From: Actinomycetota bacterium
GTDB taxonomy: Bacteria; Actinomycetota; Thermoleophilia; Solirubrobacterales; 70-9
Length of the DNA: 29,511 bases
Direction of reading: 5' to 3'
Assembly: GCA_046732395.1 (NCBI GenBank)
Contig: JBKPNB010000156.1
Location: forward strand, 1-29,511
The translations under genes and the position numbers were made by a program. Shown here piece by piece: positions 16,465 through 25,234 of the stretch; within the stretch, counting starts at the first letter, position 1, and each line of letters opens with the position of its first letter. Under the pieces are notes generated by a model. The model saw only the letters and a list, made by a program, of their open reading frames with translations, was not told the origin of the DNA and did not search any database.

Positions 16465-18201
16465 GTGTCCGAAGGAACCGCCTCATCCGCCGCTTCCGGT
16501 CCGACGCTGTTCGTGCGCCAGTCGTCGGGGCTCGTGCGCAACGTCAGCGTCACGAACGCCCTGTTCTTCAATGTCGCGGCGTTCGTCGGCGTCGGCCTGA
16601 CGCTCTATCCGATCTTCTACTCGCTGGCCGACGTGCCGGTCTGGAAGCACGCCGGGATCTCGTCGTATGCCTGGGCCGCGATCTTCGCCGGCCTCTTCTG
16701 CGTTGTGCTGGCGATGATCTTCGCTTCGCTCACGTCGGCGATGCCGCGCTCGGGCGGGGACTACGTGTTCACGAGCCGCATCCTGCATCCCTTCCTCGGC
16801 TGGCTCGAGTCCTGGACGCTCGTGATCGCCTCCGTGCTGATCATCGCGTTCGAGGTGCCGCTCGTGCTGCGAAACCTCCAGATCACGGCGCGGATCATCG
16901 GGATCGGCCCGGGCGGCCACTTCTTCGATAACGCGAACACCTGGTTCACGGACTCCACCGGCGCGATCACCGGCACGCCGGGCTTCCTCGCCTCGCTCGT
17001 GGTGCTAGCGGTGATCGGCGCGATAGTGCTGCTGCCCACCCGCCGCTTCCATCGCGTCGTCACGGTGCTAGCCGGTTTCGGTGTCGCCGCGTTCATAGCG
17101 ATGTTCGTTTTCGGACTGCTGGCCACGGACCGCTCGAGCTTCGAGCAAAACCTGCCGCAATACACGGGCGGGATGAGCGCGGCGCACATCGCCGCAACGG
17201 GACAGGCGGACTTCCTGTCCTCGGGCGGGCAGAGCTTCCTCAGCGACATCTTCTCCACCACGGTGTTCCCGCTGTTCTTGTCGATCCTGCTCTTCCAGTA
17301 CATCGGCTTCCAGTACTCGGCCTACATCGCCGGCGAGGTGCGCGGCAACGTCCGCCGTGGCGTGCTGATCGCGCTGCTCGGGGCGCTCACGATCGGCGTG
17401 CTCGCCAACTCGCTCTACGTCGACGCGCTGTCGAATCACTTCGGGTTCGCCACGAACGTGAGCTGGGGCGCGAGCTACTGGGGCTTCAACACGCATCTCA
17501 GCGCGCTGCCGCTCGGGCAGCCCAACGCGATGCCGCTGCTCGCGGTGATCGCCAACCACAGCCTGTGGCCGATCTGGGCGCTGATCAGCCTCGCGGGCAC
17601 GCTGTTCCCGTTGCTCCTGTGCCCCGTCTACATCAACTTCATCAGCCGCATGCAGCTCGCCTGGAGCCTCGACCGGCAGGCGCCCGCCTGGTTCGGCGAG
17701 GTCAACGAGCGCCTGCGCGCGCCGCTGAACGCGATCCTGGCCACGCTCGCGCTGGCCGCGTTGTTCCTCTTCTTCCAGAACTACAAGGCGCTCCCCACCT
17801 TCCTGGCCACCACGGAGCACAAGCTCAACCTCGCCGGCACTGCCTGGTTCTCGATCACGATGGCGCTGCTCACCTGGACTCTCCCCGGCGTCAACGCCCT
17901 GCTCGCCCGCGTGCGGCGGCCGGGGCTGATGCGCAACGCGCCGTTTCGCAGGGTGCTGCCCCTCCTTGGGCTGGTCTGGCTCCTCTTCCCGCTCTGGATC
18001 TACATCTTCGCCGTCGGCAAGCCGATCGCGGACGCGCTCTCCGCGACGTCCGGCTCGCTCACGTACCTCGAGACGAACGGGATCATCGACGCGCTGCTGT
18101 TCTATGCCATCGGCATCGTGATCTACGTCGTCATGCGGCTGCGCACCCGGGCCGCCGGGGTGGACACGCGGATGCTCTTCGCCGAGATCCCACCCGACTG
18201 A
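16465..18201 (+). CDS. APC superfamily amino acid/polyamine permease (578 aa)
   Basis: LFVRQSSGLVR N-terminus, SAMPRSGGDYVFTSRILHP, YIAGEVR, about 12-14 hydrophobic segments by eye. AAGGAG RBS before the GTG at 16465. Confidence 0.92.
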   Translation: MSEGTASSAASGPTLFVRQSSGLVRNVSVTNALFFNVAAFVGVGLTLYPIFYSLADVPVWKHAGISSYAWAAIFAGLFCVVLAMIFASLTSAMPRSGGDYVFTSRILHPFLGWLESWTLVIASVLIIAFEVPLVLRNLQITARIIGIGPGGHFFDNANTWFTDSTGAITGTPGFLASLVVLAVIGAIVLLPTRRFHRVVTVLAGFGVAAFIAMFVFGLLATDRSSFEQNLPQYTGGMSAAHIAATGQADFLSSGGQSFLSDIFSTTVFPLFLSILLFQYIGFQYSAYIAGEVRGNVRRGVLIALLGALTIGVLANSLYVDALSNHFGFATNVSWGASYWGFNTHLSALPLGQPNAMPLLAVIANHSLWPIWALISLAGTLFPLLLCPVYINFISRMQLAWSLDRQAPAWFGEVNERLRAPLNAILATLALAALFLFFQNYKALPTFLATTEHKLNLAGTAWFSITMALLTWTLPGVNALLARVRRPGLMRNAPFRRVLPLLGLVWLLFPLWIYIFAVGKPIADALSATSGSLTYLETNGIIDALLFYAIGIVIYVVMRLRTRAAGVDTRMLFAEIPPD

Positions 18202-19172
18202 GTGGGGTTCGCCGAATAGCCACGCGGATCCACATCGCCAGCGACTTCCACGCCGCCGAGACCGCCTGGCGCAAGTTCATCAACGCGATCAGCATGAACG
18301 CCTACAACGCGGACGTGGCCCTGCTCGCCGGCGATCTGACGGGGAAGGCGATCGTGCCGATCGCGCGCACGGATAACGGCTACTCGGCGGAGTTGTTCGG
18401 CGCGCGACGCACGGCGCGCGACGAGGAAGAGCTGGCGCAGCTCGAGCGCGACATCGCGGACGTGGGCTACTACTCGTTTGTGACGAGCGCGGATGAGGCA
18501 GAGCGCCTGGCGGGCGACGAGGCGGCGCGGGAGGAACTCCTCGAGGCGCTCATGAGCGAGCGCGTCCAGGCCTGGATGGAACTCGCCACCGAGCGCCTGG
18601 CCGGCGGCGATGTCCCCCTCTACCTGATACCCGGCAACGACGACTCGTTCGTCATCGACCCCATCCTGAACCGCGAGGAGTACTTCCCGATCAACGCCGA
18701 CGGCCGAGTGCTCGACCTGCCCGGAGGACTCCAGCTGCTTTCCTACGGATGGTCGAACGAGACACCTTGGAAGACGCCACGTGAGGTGAGCGAAGACGAG
18801 CTGCACGAGCGGCTATCGAAGCTCGCCGACCAGGTACGCGACGCGCGCCGAGCGGTGTTCATGATCCACGTGCCGCCGTACGACTCCGGCCTCGACACGG
18901 CGCCGATACTCGACGAGAACCTGCGCCCCACGGTGTCGGCCGGGGACGTTCTGCGCGGGCCGGTCGGGTCGAGGGCCGTGCGGCGGCTGATCGAGGAGCG
19001 CCAGCCGCTGCTCGGCGTGCACGGGCATGTGCACGAGGCAGGGGGCGAGTACCGGCTCGGCGCGACGGTGTGTGTCAACCCTGGCAGCGAGGCGAACGAC
19101 GGCATCCTGCGGGGCTATCTCGTCGATGTCGCGGATGGCGAGGTTGAGCTCGTCCAGCGCATCGAGGGCTGA
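18198..19172 (+). CDS. Calcineurin-like metallophosphoesterase (Icc-related, uncharacterised)
   Basis: Motifs SDFH, GDLTGK, PGNDD, MIHVPP, HGHVHE, NPGS. No canonical start codon before motif I; candidates are CTG 18198 or ATA 18216. Confidence 0.9.
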   Translation: MSGVRRIATRIHIASDFHAAETAWRKFINAISMNAYNADVALLAGDLTGKAIVPIARTDNGYSAELFGARRTARDEEELAQLERDIADVGYYSFVTSADEAERLAGDEAAREELLEALMSERVQAWMELATERLAGGDVPLYLIPGNDDSFVIDPILNREEYFPINADGRVLDLPGGLQLLSYGWSNETPWKTPREVSEDELHERLSKLADQVRDARRAVFMIHVPPYDSGLDTAPILDENLRPTVSAGDVLRGPVGSRAVRRLIEERQPLLGVHGHVHEAGGEYRLGATVCVNPGSEANDGILRGYLVDVADGEVELVQRIEG

Positions 19173-19178
19173 GCGGGC

Positions 19179-19946
19179 GTGGCGGATCGAGGGATCGAGG
19201 TCAACCGCGGGCCGCTGGCGGACATCGTCGCCGAGGCGGAACGGGTGATGGACGGCGCCAAGGCGCGGGACGTTCCGCTGCGCCTGATCGGCGGGCTGGC
19301 CGTCCAGCTCCACACGCCCGCGATGCATCCGGCGCTCGCGCGCTCCTACGGGGATATCGACACGGCGACGGTGAAAGGGGAGGGCGGAGCGGTCACGGAG
19401 CTCTTGACCGGACTCGGCTACGAGCCCGCGCGCCAGTTCAACGCGCTCCAGGGGGCGAGCCGCCTCCTCTTTTACGACCGCGCGAACGCGCGCAAGCTCG
19501 ACGTGTTCGTGGGCGGTTTCGAGCTCAACCACTCGATCCCGATCACGGCGCGAATCGATGTGGAGGCGCGGACCATCCCCCTGGCCGAGCTGCTCCTGAC
19601 GAAGCTCCAGGTCGTGGAGTTCACGGAGAAGGACGTGCGCGATACGGTGGCGCTCCTCCTCGACCACGAGGTCGGCGACCACGATCGCGAGACGATCAAC
19701 GCCGACCTGATCGCGACGCTTACGGCGCGGGACTGGGGGCTCTGGCGCACCACCCAGCTGAACCTCGAGCGGCTACGCGAGGGCGTCGCCACGCTGGCGC
19801 TCGAGCCGGCCGATCGGCAGCTCGTGCTCGACCGCATCGACTCGCTCTGGGAGCGAATCGAGCGCGAGCCGAAGTCGAGGCGCTGGCGCCTGCGGGCCCG
19901 GGTGGGGGACCGGAAGCGCTGGTACGAGGTGCCCGACGAGGTCTGA
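19179..19946 (+). CDS. Pol-beta superfamily nucleotidyltransferase-like protein
   Basis: LRLIGGLAV followed by RSYGDID (GG...DxD) and a third Asp in KLDVFV, then a helical C-terminal region (LLLTKLQ, KDVRD, DWGLWRT). Starts 6 nt after the phosphoesterase stop. Confidence 0.8.
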   Translation: MADRGIEVNRGPLADIVAEAERVMDGAKARDVPLRLIGGLAVQLHTPAMHPALARSYGDIDTATVKGEGGAVTELLTGLGYEPARQFNALQGASRLLFYDRANARKLDVFVGGFELNHSIPITARIDVEARTIPLAELLLTKLQVVEFTEKDVRDTVALLLDHEVGDHDRETINADLIATLTARDWGLWRTTQLNLERLREGVATLALEPADRQLVLDRIDSLWERIEREPKSRRWRLRARVGDRKRWYEVPDEV

Positions 19947-20004
19947 CGGCCCGCGTTGCGCCACGAGCGGGCCCGCCGTGCCGCAAGGCTCGCGGCCGCC
20001 AGTC

Positions 20005-20292
20005 TCAGCTCTGGCCCAGCTCGGCCTTGATCTCGCAGCGGTCGACAGAGGCCCGCGTTCCCGGCGTGTCCGAGGGATCCATCGCGTCGAGGGCACCTTC
20101 GGCCGCCGCCATGTCGTCGGCGGTCTCGAAGAGCTGGATCACAACCGCGGTGCGCTGGTCCGCGTCGTGGAGAATCTGAACTCCCTTCGCGGGAATGTCC
20201 ACCGGTGGCCCCTGACGCGCCTCGGCCTCTGACAGGCGATCGGCCAGGTGATCGGGATCGACGCCGGTGAATCTGACTACGCGTGCGTGCAT
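20005..20292 (-). CDS. Small hypothetical protein, probable dimeric alpha+beta barrel (ABM-like) fold
   Basis: AGGAGG RBS. beta-alpha-beta-beta-alpha-beta-like pattern (MHARVVRF...VQILHD...TAVVIQLFETADDMAAAEGAL...VDRCEI). Fold is inferred. Confidence 0.7.
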   Translation of the reverse strand: MHARVVRFTGVDPDHLADRLSEAEARQGPPVDIPAKGVQILHDADQRTAVVIQLFETADDMAAAEGALDAMDPSDTPGTRASVDRCEIKAELGQS

Positions 20293-20491
20293 GACTCCTC
20301 CTTTTCGGTTGCCGCACGGGCGAACCTACACCGTCATCGCGACCCACCTGATCACCGCCACTTGGCGACGAGCGGCGATGGCGCCCCGGCTGACCCTAGC
20401 CGACGCTCGCCACGCGCGAGCCGCGCCGGACGTTTGCCCGCTGACCCTTCCCGGTCACGGGAGTGCGGAATCGGGTAGGGAGCCAGAGGGC

Positions 20492-22325
20492 ATGGCCGGA
20501 ACCACGCGCGGGAGATCCGCTGTGCTTCGGGGCGAGCAGCTTCGCGACGAGGGATACCTGCCGATCGAGGATGACGCGGCGATCGGCGACGGGCGCACCC
20601 TTGCCCTGGTCGGCATCGACGGGTCGATCGATTGGATGTGCCTGCCGAATCTCGACTCACCGAGCGTCTTCGCCGCTCTCCTGGACCCCGCGGGCGGCGG
20701 CAGCTTCAGCCTCGCACCGGCGATCCCGTATCAGGCGGAGCGCCGGTACCTGCCGCGGACGAACGTGGCTCGCACGGAGTACACGACCGACGCCGGTCGG
20801 GTTGGAGTGATCGACGCCGTGACGATCGACGGCGCCCAAGACGCCCCGTGGCGGGAACTCGTGCGCGAGGTCGAGGGGCTCGGCGGCGCGGTTCCGATGG
20901 GGTGGCGCTTCCACCCGCGCTTCGACTACGGGCGCTCCACCCCCGGTCCGACGAAGCTCGCCGGCGCCTTCCTCTACCGTCACGGAGGACTGCAGCTGGC
21001 GCTGAGCGCATGGGACGCCGGCAACCCCGCGTGGTCTCGGGGGCCCTCCACGGTAGCTTCGAGATCGGTCCGGGGGAGCGGCCCTGCTGGCGGTTGTGGC
21101 AAGCGACGACGTCGCGCTGCCGAGCCCCGCGCGGGCCGAGGTCGAGCGGCGGCTGGAGGCAACCGGCCGGCTCTGGCGTGAGTGGATCGGCCGGTGCACG
21201 TATCGAGGCCGTGGAGGGAGTCGGTCGAGCGAAGCCTGCTGGCAATCGGGCTTCTCGTCGATCGCCGCACCGGCGCGATCGCCGCGGCCGGCACCACCTC
21301 GCTCCCGGAGGCCATCGGGGGGAGTCGGAACTTCGACTACCGCTACGCCTGGGTGCGCGACCTCTCGTTCACGGTCGACGCCCTGCTGCAGGTCGGGATG
21401 GAGGAGCTCTCGCACGCGGGGCTCGCCTGGCTTCTGCGCGCGATCCGCGGTACCGAGCCGCGCGTCGACCCGGTCTACAAACTCGACGGGACGGTCTTGC
21501 GCTCCCAGCAGAAGCTCGAGCTCCCGGGCTACCGCTGCAGCGTGCCGGTGCATTTGGGAAACGAGGCGGGCACGCAGCTCCAGCTCGGCGGCTTCGGCGA
21601 TCTGATCGAGGCCGTCGCCCAGTATGTGGACCACGGACACGTGCTCGCGCCCTCCACCGGCGAGCGCATCGCCGATTGCGTCGACCTCCTTTGCGGCACC
21701 TGGGGCAATCCGGACGCGGGCCTGTGGAAGCTTGACGACCCCGGTCACTACATGACCTCGGTGCTGGACCGCGTTCGATCGCCTTCTCGCGCTGGTCGGC
21801 GAGGGCCAGGTCCCGGCGCGCCGCACGGATCGCTGGGACAGGGAGCGAGGACGGGTTCGCGACTACATCGAAACCCACCTTTGGTGGCCCGAGCGTCGGA
21901 GCTATGTGATGAAGGCGGGTAGCGAGGCGCTCGACTACGGGACGCTGCTGGCGGCGCGGCGGCGCTACACCGATCGCGACCGCCTGAGCGCGACGATCGA
22001 CGCCATCCGCGGCGAGCTGCAGGCGGACGGCCCGCTGCTCTACCGCTACAGCGGCATGCAGGGCAAGGAGAACGCGTTCCTGGCCTGCTCGTTCTGGTCG
22101 GTCGAGGCGCTCGCGCTCGCCGGACGTCGCGACGAGGCGGAGGCGGTGATGGAGGAAATGGTCGGGTTGGGAGGCGAGCTCGGGCTCTATTCCGAGGAGA
22201 TGGAGCCTTACTCGCACGCCTTTGTTGGCAACTTTCCGCAGGCGCTCACGCACCTCGCGCTCATCAACGCCGCGGCGATCCTGGCCGAGGAGGGAGAGGC
22301 GCGTACGGCTCGAGCGATCGAATGA
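20492..22325 (+). pseudogene. Glycoside hydrolase family 15 (glucoamylase/trehalase-like), four frameshifts
   Basis: AIGDGRTLALV...IDWMCLPNLDSPSVFAALLD, TTSLPE..GG.RNFDYRYAWVRD, QLGGFG, DAGLW, ENAFLACSFW, GLYSEE, GNFPQALTHLALINAA. Frame changes near 21028, 21081, 21210 and 21760. Confidence 0.88.
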
Positions 22326-22545
22326 TGTTGTCCAGCCGCCGCGCGGCCGGCGCCGCCAGCGGCCCGGCGGTCGCGACCGCGAGGGCCAACGCGCCGCCCG
22401 CGAGGAGGTCCGCGACGTAGTGCTCGCCGAGGTAGACGAGCGCGAAGCCGAGAAGGAGGGCATAGCCGAGCCCCGCCGCGCCGGCCGCGGGGCCCGCTGC
22501 TGCTGAGAGCGCGGCCGCGTGTTCGCGGACGTGGGTGAGCGAAGA
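22290..22545 (-). pseudogene. C-terminal fragment of a PAP2-superfamily membrane protein
   Basis: GFALVYLGEHYVADLLAG is the third PAP2 motif (xxxYLGxHYxxD). Upstream motifs are absent. Confidence 0.65.
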
Positions 22546-22667
22546 GCAACGCGGGCCCATCGGGATCGCCGTCGCGTTCGGGCCGGTGCTGTTCGGCTGG
22601 GTAGCGGGGCTGTGGGCCCGAGCGGCAAGAGGAAGACCCGGAACGAGCCGCCGAAGCGTTCGTTCCT

Positions 22668-22895
22668 CTAGCCGGCGAGCGGCAGGATCCTGTCGAGGCC
22701 CGTCAGCTCGAGCGTCCGAGCCACCTGGTCACGAACGCCGCGCACCTGGACCCGCTCCGAGGATGGGCCACCGCTGGCTCGAGCCAGGATCGATAGGCCA
22801 GTTGAATCGATGAAGGTGAGCGCGGAAAGGTCGAAGACGATCGTGTGAGCGTCGCTCTCGAGGGCTCGCTCGGTCACCTCGGCGACCGACCATGA
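22668..22895 (-). pseudogene. STAS domain / anti-sigma factor antagonist, apparently N-terminally truncated
   Basis: IVFDLSALTFIDSTGL with the phospho-acceptor Ser motif, and VARTLELTGLDRIL. No N-terminal GELD segment or clear start on this strand. Confidence 0.7.
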
Positions 22896-22975
22896 TCGCT
22901 CGAGTCCGGTCGTACCTGGACGCCGGCGGCAGCATCTTGTACCTGGGCGGAAATGCGATGTATTCGGCCGACCAC
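22892..22975 (+). pseudogene. Short fragment resembling N,N-dimethylformamidase beta-subunit family proteins
   Basis: VRSYLDAGGSILYLGGNAMY resembles the Y..GG.L.YLGGN..Y motif. Only about 25 codons, so weak support. Confidence 0.4.
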
Positions 22976-23227
22976 ACGCCTGCCCGCGCAGGACGGCGGC
23001 GAGCTCGACCAAACGATCACGGCGGCGACTCCCCCCCTTTGGTGGCAGCGGCTGGAGACAGATTGCTGGGAAGCGCCGCTGTTCGATGATGTCTCCGAGC
23101 TCGCACGGGATCACAACGACGCCCGTGGAGCGGTGATCGCGTGCCCCGCCTTCGGTTGCCGAAGGCGGGAAGGGAAGACGCCGAACTCGGGGCGCAGTTC
23201 GCCCGTGCCGGCCACCGTGGCGGCCGC

Positions 23228-23236
23228 TGCTAACGT
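23228..23236 (+). promoter_or_regulatory. Extended -10 promoter candidate for csp
   Basis: TGC-TAACGT (TGn-TAnnnT) about 105 nt upstream of the csp ATG, which would give a long 5' UTR as seen for cold-shock genes. Confidence 0.45.
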
Positions 23237-23341
23237 GAGCGTGGTCGGTGGCCGGCCGGTCCGGCCAACATGTGCCAGCGCTCCCCGTTCTTGGTTCTCA
23301 CGCCTCCGCGGTCCGCAGCACCGTCTCACAGGAGGCATCAG

Positions 23342-23545
23342 ATGCCCACCGGAACCATCAAGTGGTTCAGCGAGCAGAAGGGGTTCGGGTTCATCACGCC
23401 CGACGACGGCTCGAAGGACCTGTTCGTCCACCAGACCGCCCTCGTCGGTCTCGGGCTGCGCCCGCTGACCGAGGGGACCAAGGTCACCTACTCCGCCGAG
23501 TCCGGCGACAAGGGCCCGCGGGCCGTCGACGTCGGCGCCGTCTAG
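23342..23545 (+). CDS. cspA: Cold-shock domain protein (CspA family)
   Basis: MPTGTIKWFSEQKGFGFITPDDGSKDLFVH with RNP1 and RNP2, GDKGPRA. AGGAGG RBS. 67 aa. The paralog letter cannot be assigned from sequence alone. Confidence 0.95.
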   Translation: MPTGTIKWFSEQKGFGFITPDDGSKDLFVHQTALVGLGLRPLTEGTKVTYSAESGDKGPRAVDVGAV

Positions 23546-23944
23546 GTGGCCGATTCCGAGGCCGGCGCGCATCGAGCGCTGCCGGTCAAGATCAGCGATT
23601 CCCTGGCCGTGGTCTGGAAGCGGTACGCCGGCCGACGACCGATGGACGTCGAGACCGCGGTTCGCGGCAACAGGATTTGCTGCGTGCTCAAGGATTCCGT
23701 TCGGGGCTTCGACGAGGGCCTGACCACGGCCGAGTCGGGCGACGACGGTAAGCCCCTGCCTGCGCGCACAATCGCTCAGTATCGCCGGGAGGCGGTCGAC
23801 GCGGTGACGAGAACGACCCGGCGACGCGTGATGGCGTTCGTCAGCGATCACGATCGGAACAGCGACGTCGCTACCGAGGTCTTCATCCTCGACAGGCCGC
23901 CGCGGCGGCAATCGTCGATCTTCCTCGACCGCCGGCCCGACTGA
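23546..23944 (+). CDS. DUF2294 (MpsC-family) domain protein, divergent
   Basis: ISDSLAVVWKRYAGRRP...CVLKD...VTRTTRRRVMAFVSDHD...DVATEVFILD follows the DUF2294 pattern. The GTG directly follows the csp TAG. Confidence 0.65.
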   Translation: MADSEAGAHRALPVKISDSLAVVWKRYAGRRPMDVETAVRGNRICCVLKDSVRGFDEGLTTAESGDDGKPLPARTIAQYRREAVDAVTRTTRRRVMAFVSDHDRNSDVATEVFILDRPPRRQSSIFLDRRPD

Positions 23945-23970
23945 CCGAAGACCACGAAGAAAGGTTCAAG

Positions 23971-24180
23971 ATGGCACCCAGCATCACCTCCGAGCGAGTC
24001 CTCGCCACCGCGGGAGAGCTCGACCGAGATAAGTTCACCCGGGCCGACCTCGCCGACAAGCTCGGCGTGAGTCAGAAGGAACTCAAGTCCGCAATCAAGG
24101 CCGCTCGACAGTCGGGGCGCCTCGAGAAGGTCGGCGAGAACGACGATGGCAAGGGCGTTTTTCGCCTGACCGGCGAGTAG
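23971..24180 (+). CDS. Small winged helix-turn-helix protein
   Basis: FTRADLADKLGVSQKELKSAIKAARQSGRLEKVG...GVFRLT has an HTH plus wing pattern. GAAAGG RBS. Confidence 0.65.
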   Translation: MAPSITSERVLATAGELDRDKFTRADLADKLGVSQKELKSAIKAARQSGRLEKVGENDDGKGVFRLTGE

Positions 24181-24294
24181 CCGACGGCCGCCGATAGCGG
24201 GAACCCAGCCCCGGATCGTCCGCGGGCTATCGCCGGCGGCCTAACTCGACTCTTTCCCCTCGGCCGATGAGTTTGCAACGCCGGAGGGGTCGAT

Positions 24295-25188
24295 ATGGCC
24301 ATGACGACGATGCACATGCTTGAAGCCGCCGAGGCGGACATCGCCTACGACGTCGACGGCCCGCTGCCGACCGCCGACGGACGCCCGCCGCTGTTCATGA
24401 TCGGTCAGCCCATGGACGCCAGCGGATTCCGTACGTTGGCGTCGCACTTCCCGGACCGCACCGTGATCACATATGACCCGCGCGGCCTCGGCCGCAGCAC
24501 CCGCAAGGACAGCCGTGTCGATAATTCGCCCACGGTCCAGGCGGAAGATGTGCATGCGGTAATCGAGGCGCTCGGCGCTGGCCCGGTCGAGATGTTCGCG
24601 AGCAGCGGGGGGGCGGTCACCGCGCTCGCGCTGGTGGCGGCCCATCCCGACGATGTGACCGCCCTGGTGGCGCACGAGCCGCCGCTCATCCCGGTGCTGC
24701 CCGACGCCGCTGCGGCCGAGCGCGCCCGCGCGGGCTTTCGCGACGCCTACGAGGCGAAGGGCTGGGGTGCCGGCATGGCGGCCTTCATCGCGATGACGTC
24801 GTGGCGAGGCGAGTTCACCGACGACTACTTCGCGCAGCCCCCGGCCGATCCCGCCCAGTTCGGGATGCCGACCGACGACGACGGCTCCCGCGAGGACCCG
24901 CTCCTGTCCGACCGGTCCTGGGCCGTCAGCGGCTATCGCCCCGATGCCGAAGCCCTGGCCGCGGCGCCGACGCGCATCGTGATCGCTGTGGGCGAGGAGT
25001 CCCTGGGCACCTTCACCGGACGCACGGCGGTGGCCACCGCGGAGCTACTCGGTCAGCAGGCGACCGTGTTCCCGAGCCACCACGGCGGCTTCCTCGGCGG
25101 CGAGTCCGGGTACGCCGGCCAACCCGAAGCGTTCGCGCGCAAGTTGCGCGAGGTCCTCGACGACGACAGCCAGAAGCCGGCTCGGTAA
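24295..25188 (+). CDS. Alpha/beta hydrolase
   Basis: TYDPRGLGRS, FASSGGA nucleophile elbow, AHEPP, PSHHGGF. GGAGGGG RBS. Confidence 0.9.
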   Translation: MAMTTMHMLEAAEADIAYDVDGPLPTADGRPPLFMIGQPMDASGFRTLASHFPDRTVITYDPRGLGRSTRKDSRVDNSPTVQAEDVHAVIEALGAGPVEMFASSGGAVTALALVAAHPDDVTALVAHEPPLIPVLPDAAAAERARAGFRDAYEAKGWGAGMAAFIAMTSWRGEFTDDYFAQPPADPAQFGMPTDDDGSREDPLLSDRSWAVSGYRPDAEALAAAPTRIVIAVGEESLGTFTGRTAVATAELLGQQATVFPSHHGGFLGGESGYAGQPEAFARKLREVLDDDSQKPAR

Positions 25189-25199
25189 GCGGGCTTCTG
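25171..25199. terminator. Hairpin between convergent genes
   Basis: CAGAAGCC...GGCTTCTG inverted repeat spanning the hydrolase stop. Confidence 0.45.
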
Positions 25200-25234
25200 A
25201 CGTTTACGGAGACCGTGGGCTCCGGAGCTTGAGA

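Noticed and set aside
19179-19946. NTase as a CBASS CD-NTase or a toxin-antitoxin MNT
   Set aside because: No CBASS effector, HEPN or AbiEi partner is adjacent, and the partner genes are a permease and a phosphoesterase. A defence role is not supported from this window, though not excluded.
22990-23025. GGELD on the plus strand, resembling the missing STAS N-terminal motif
   Set aside because: Wrong strand relative to the STAS fragment and only 4-5 residues; chance match is likely.
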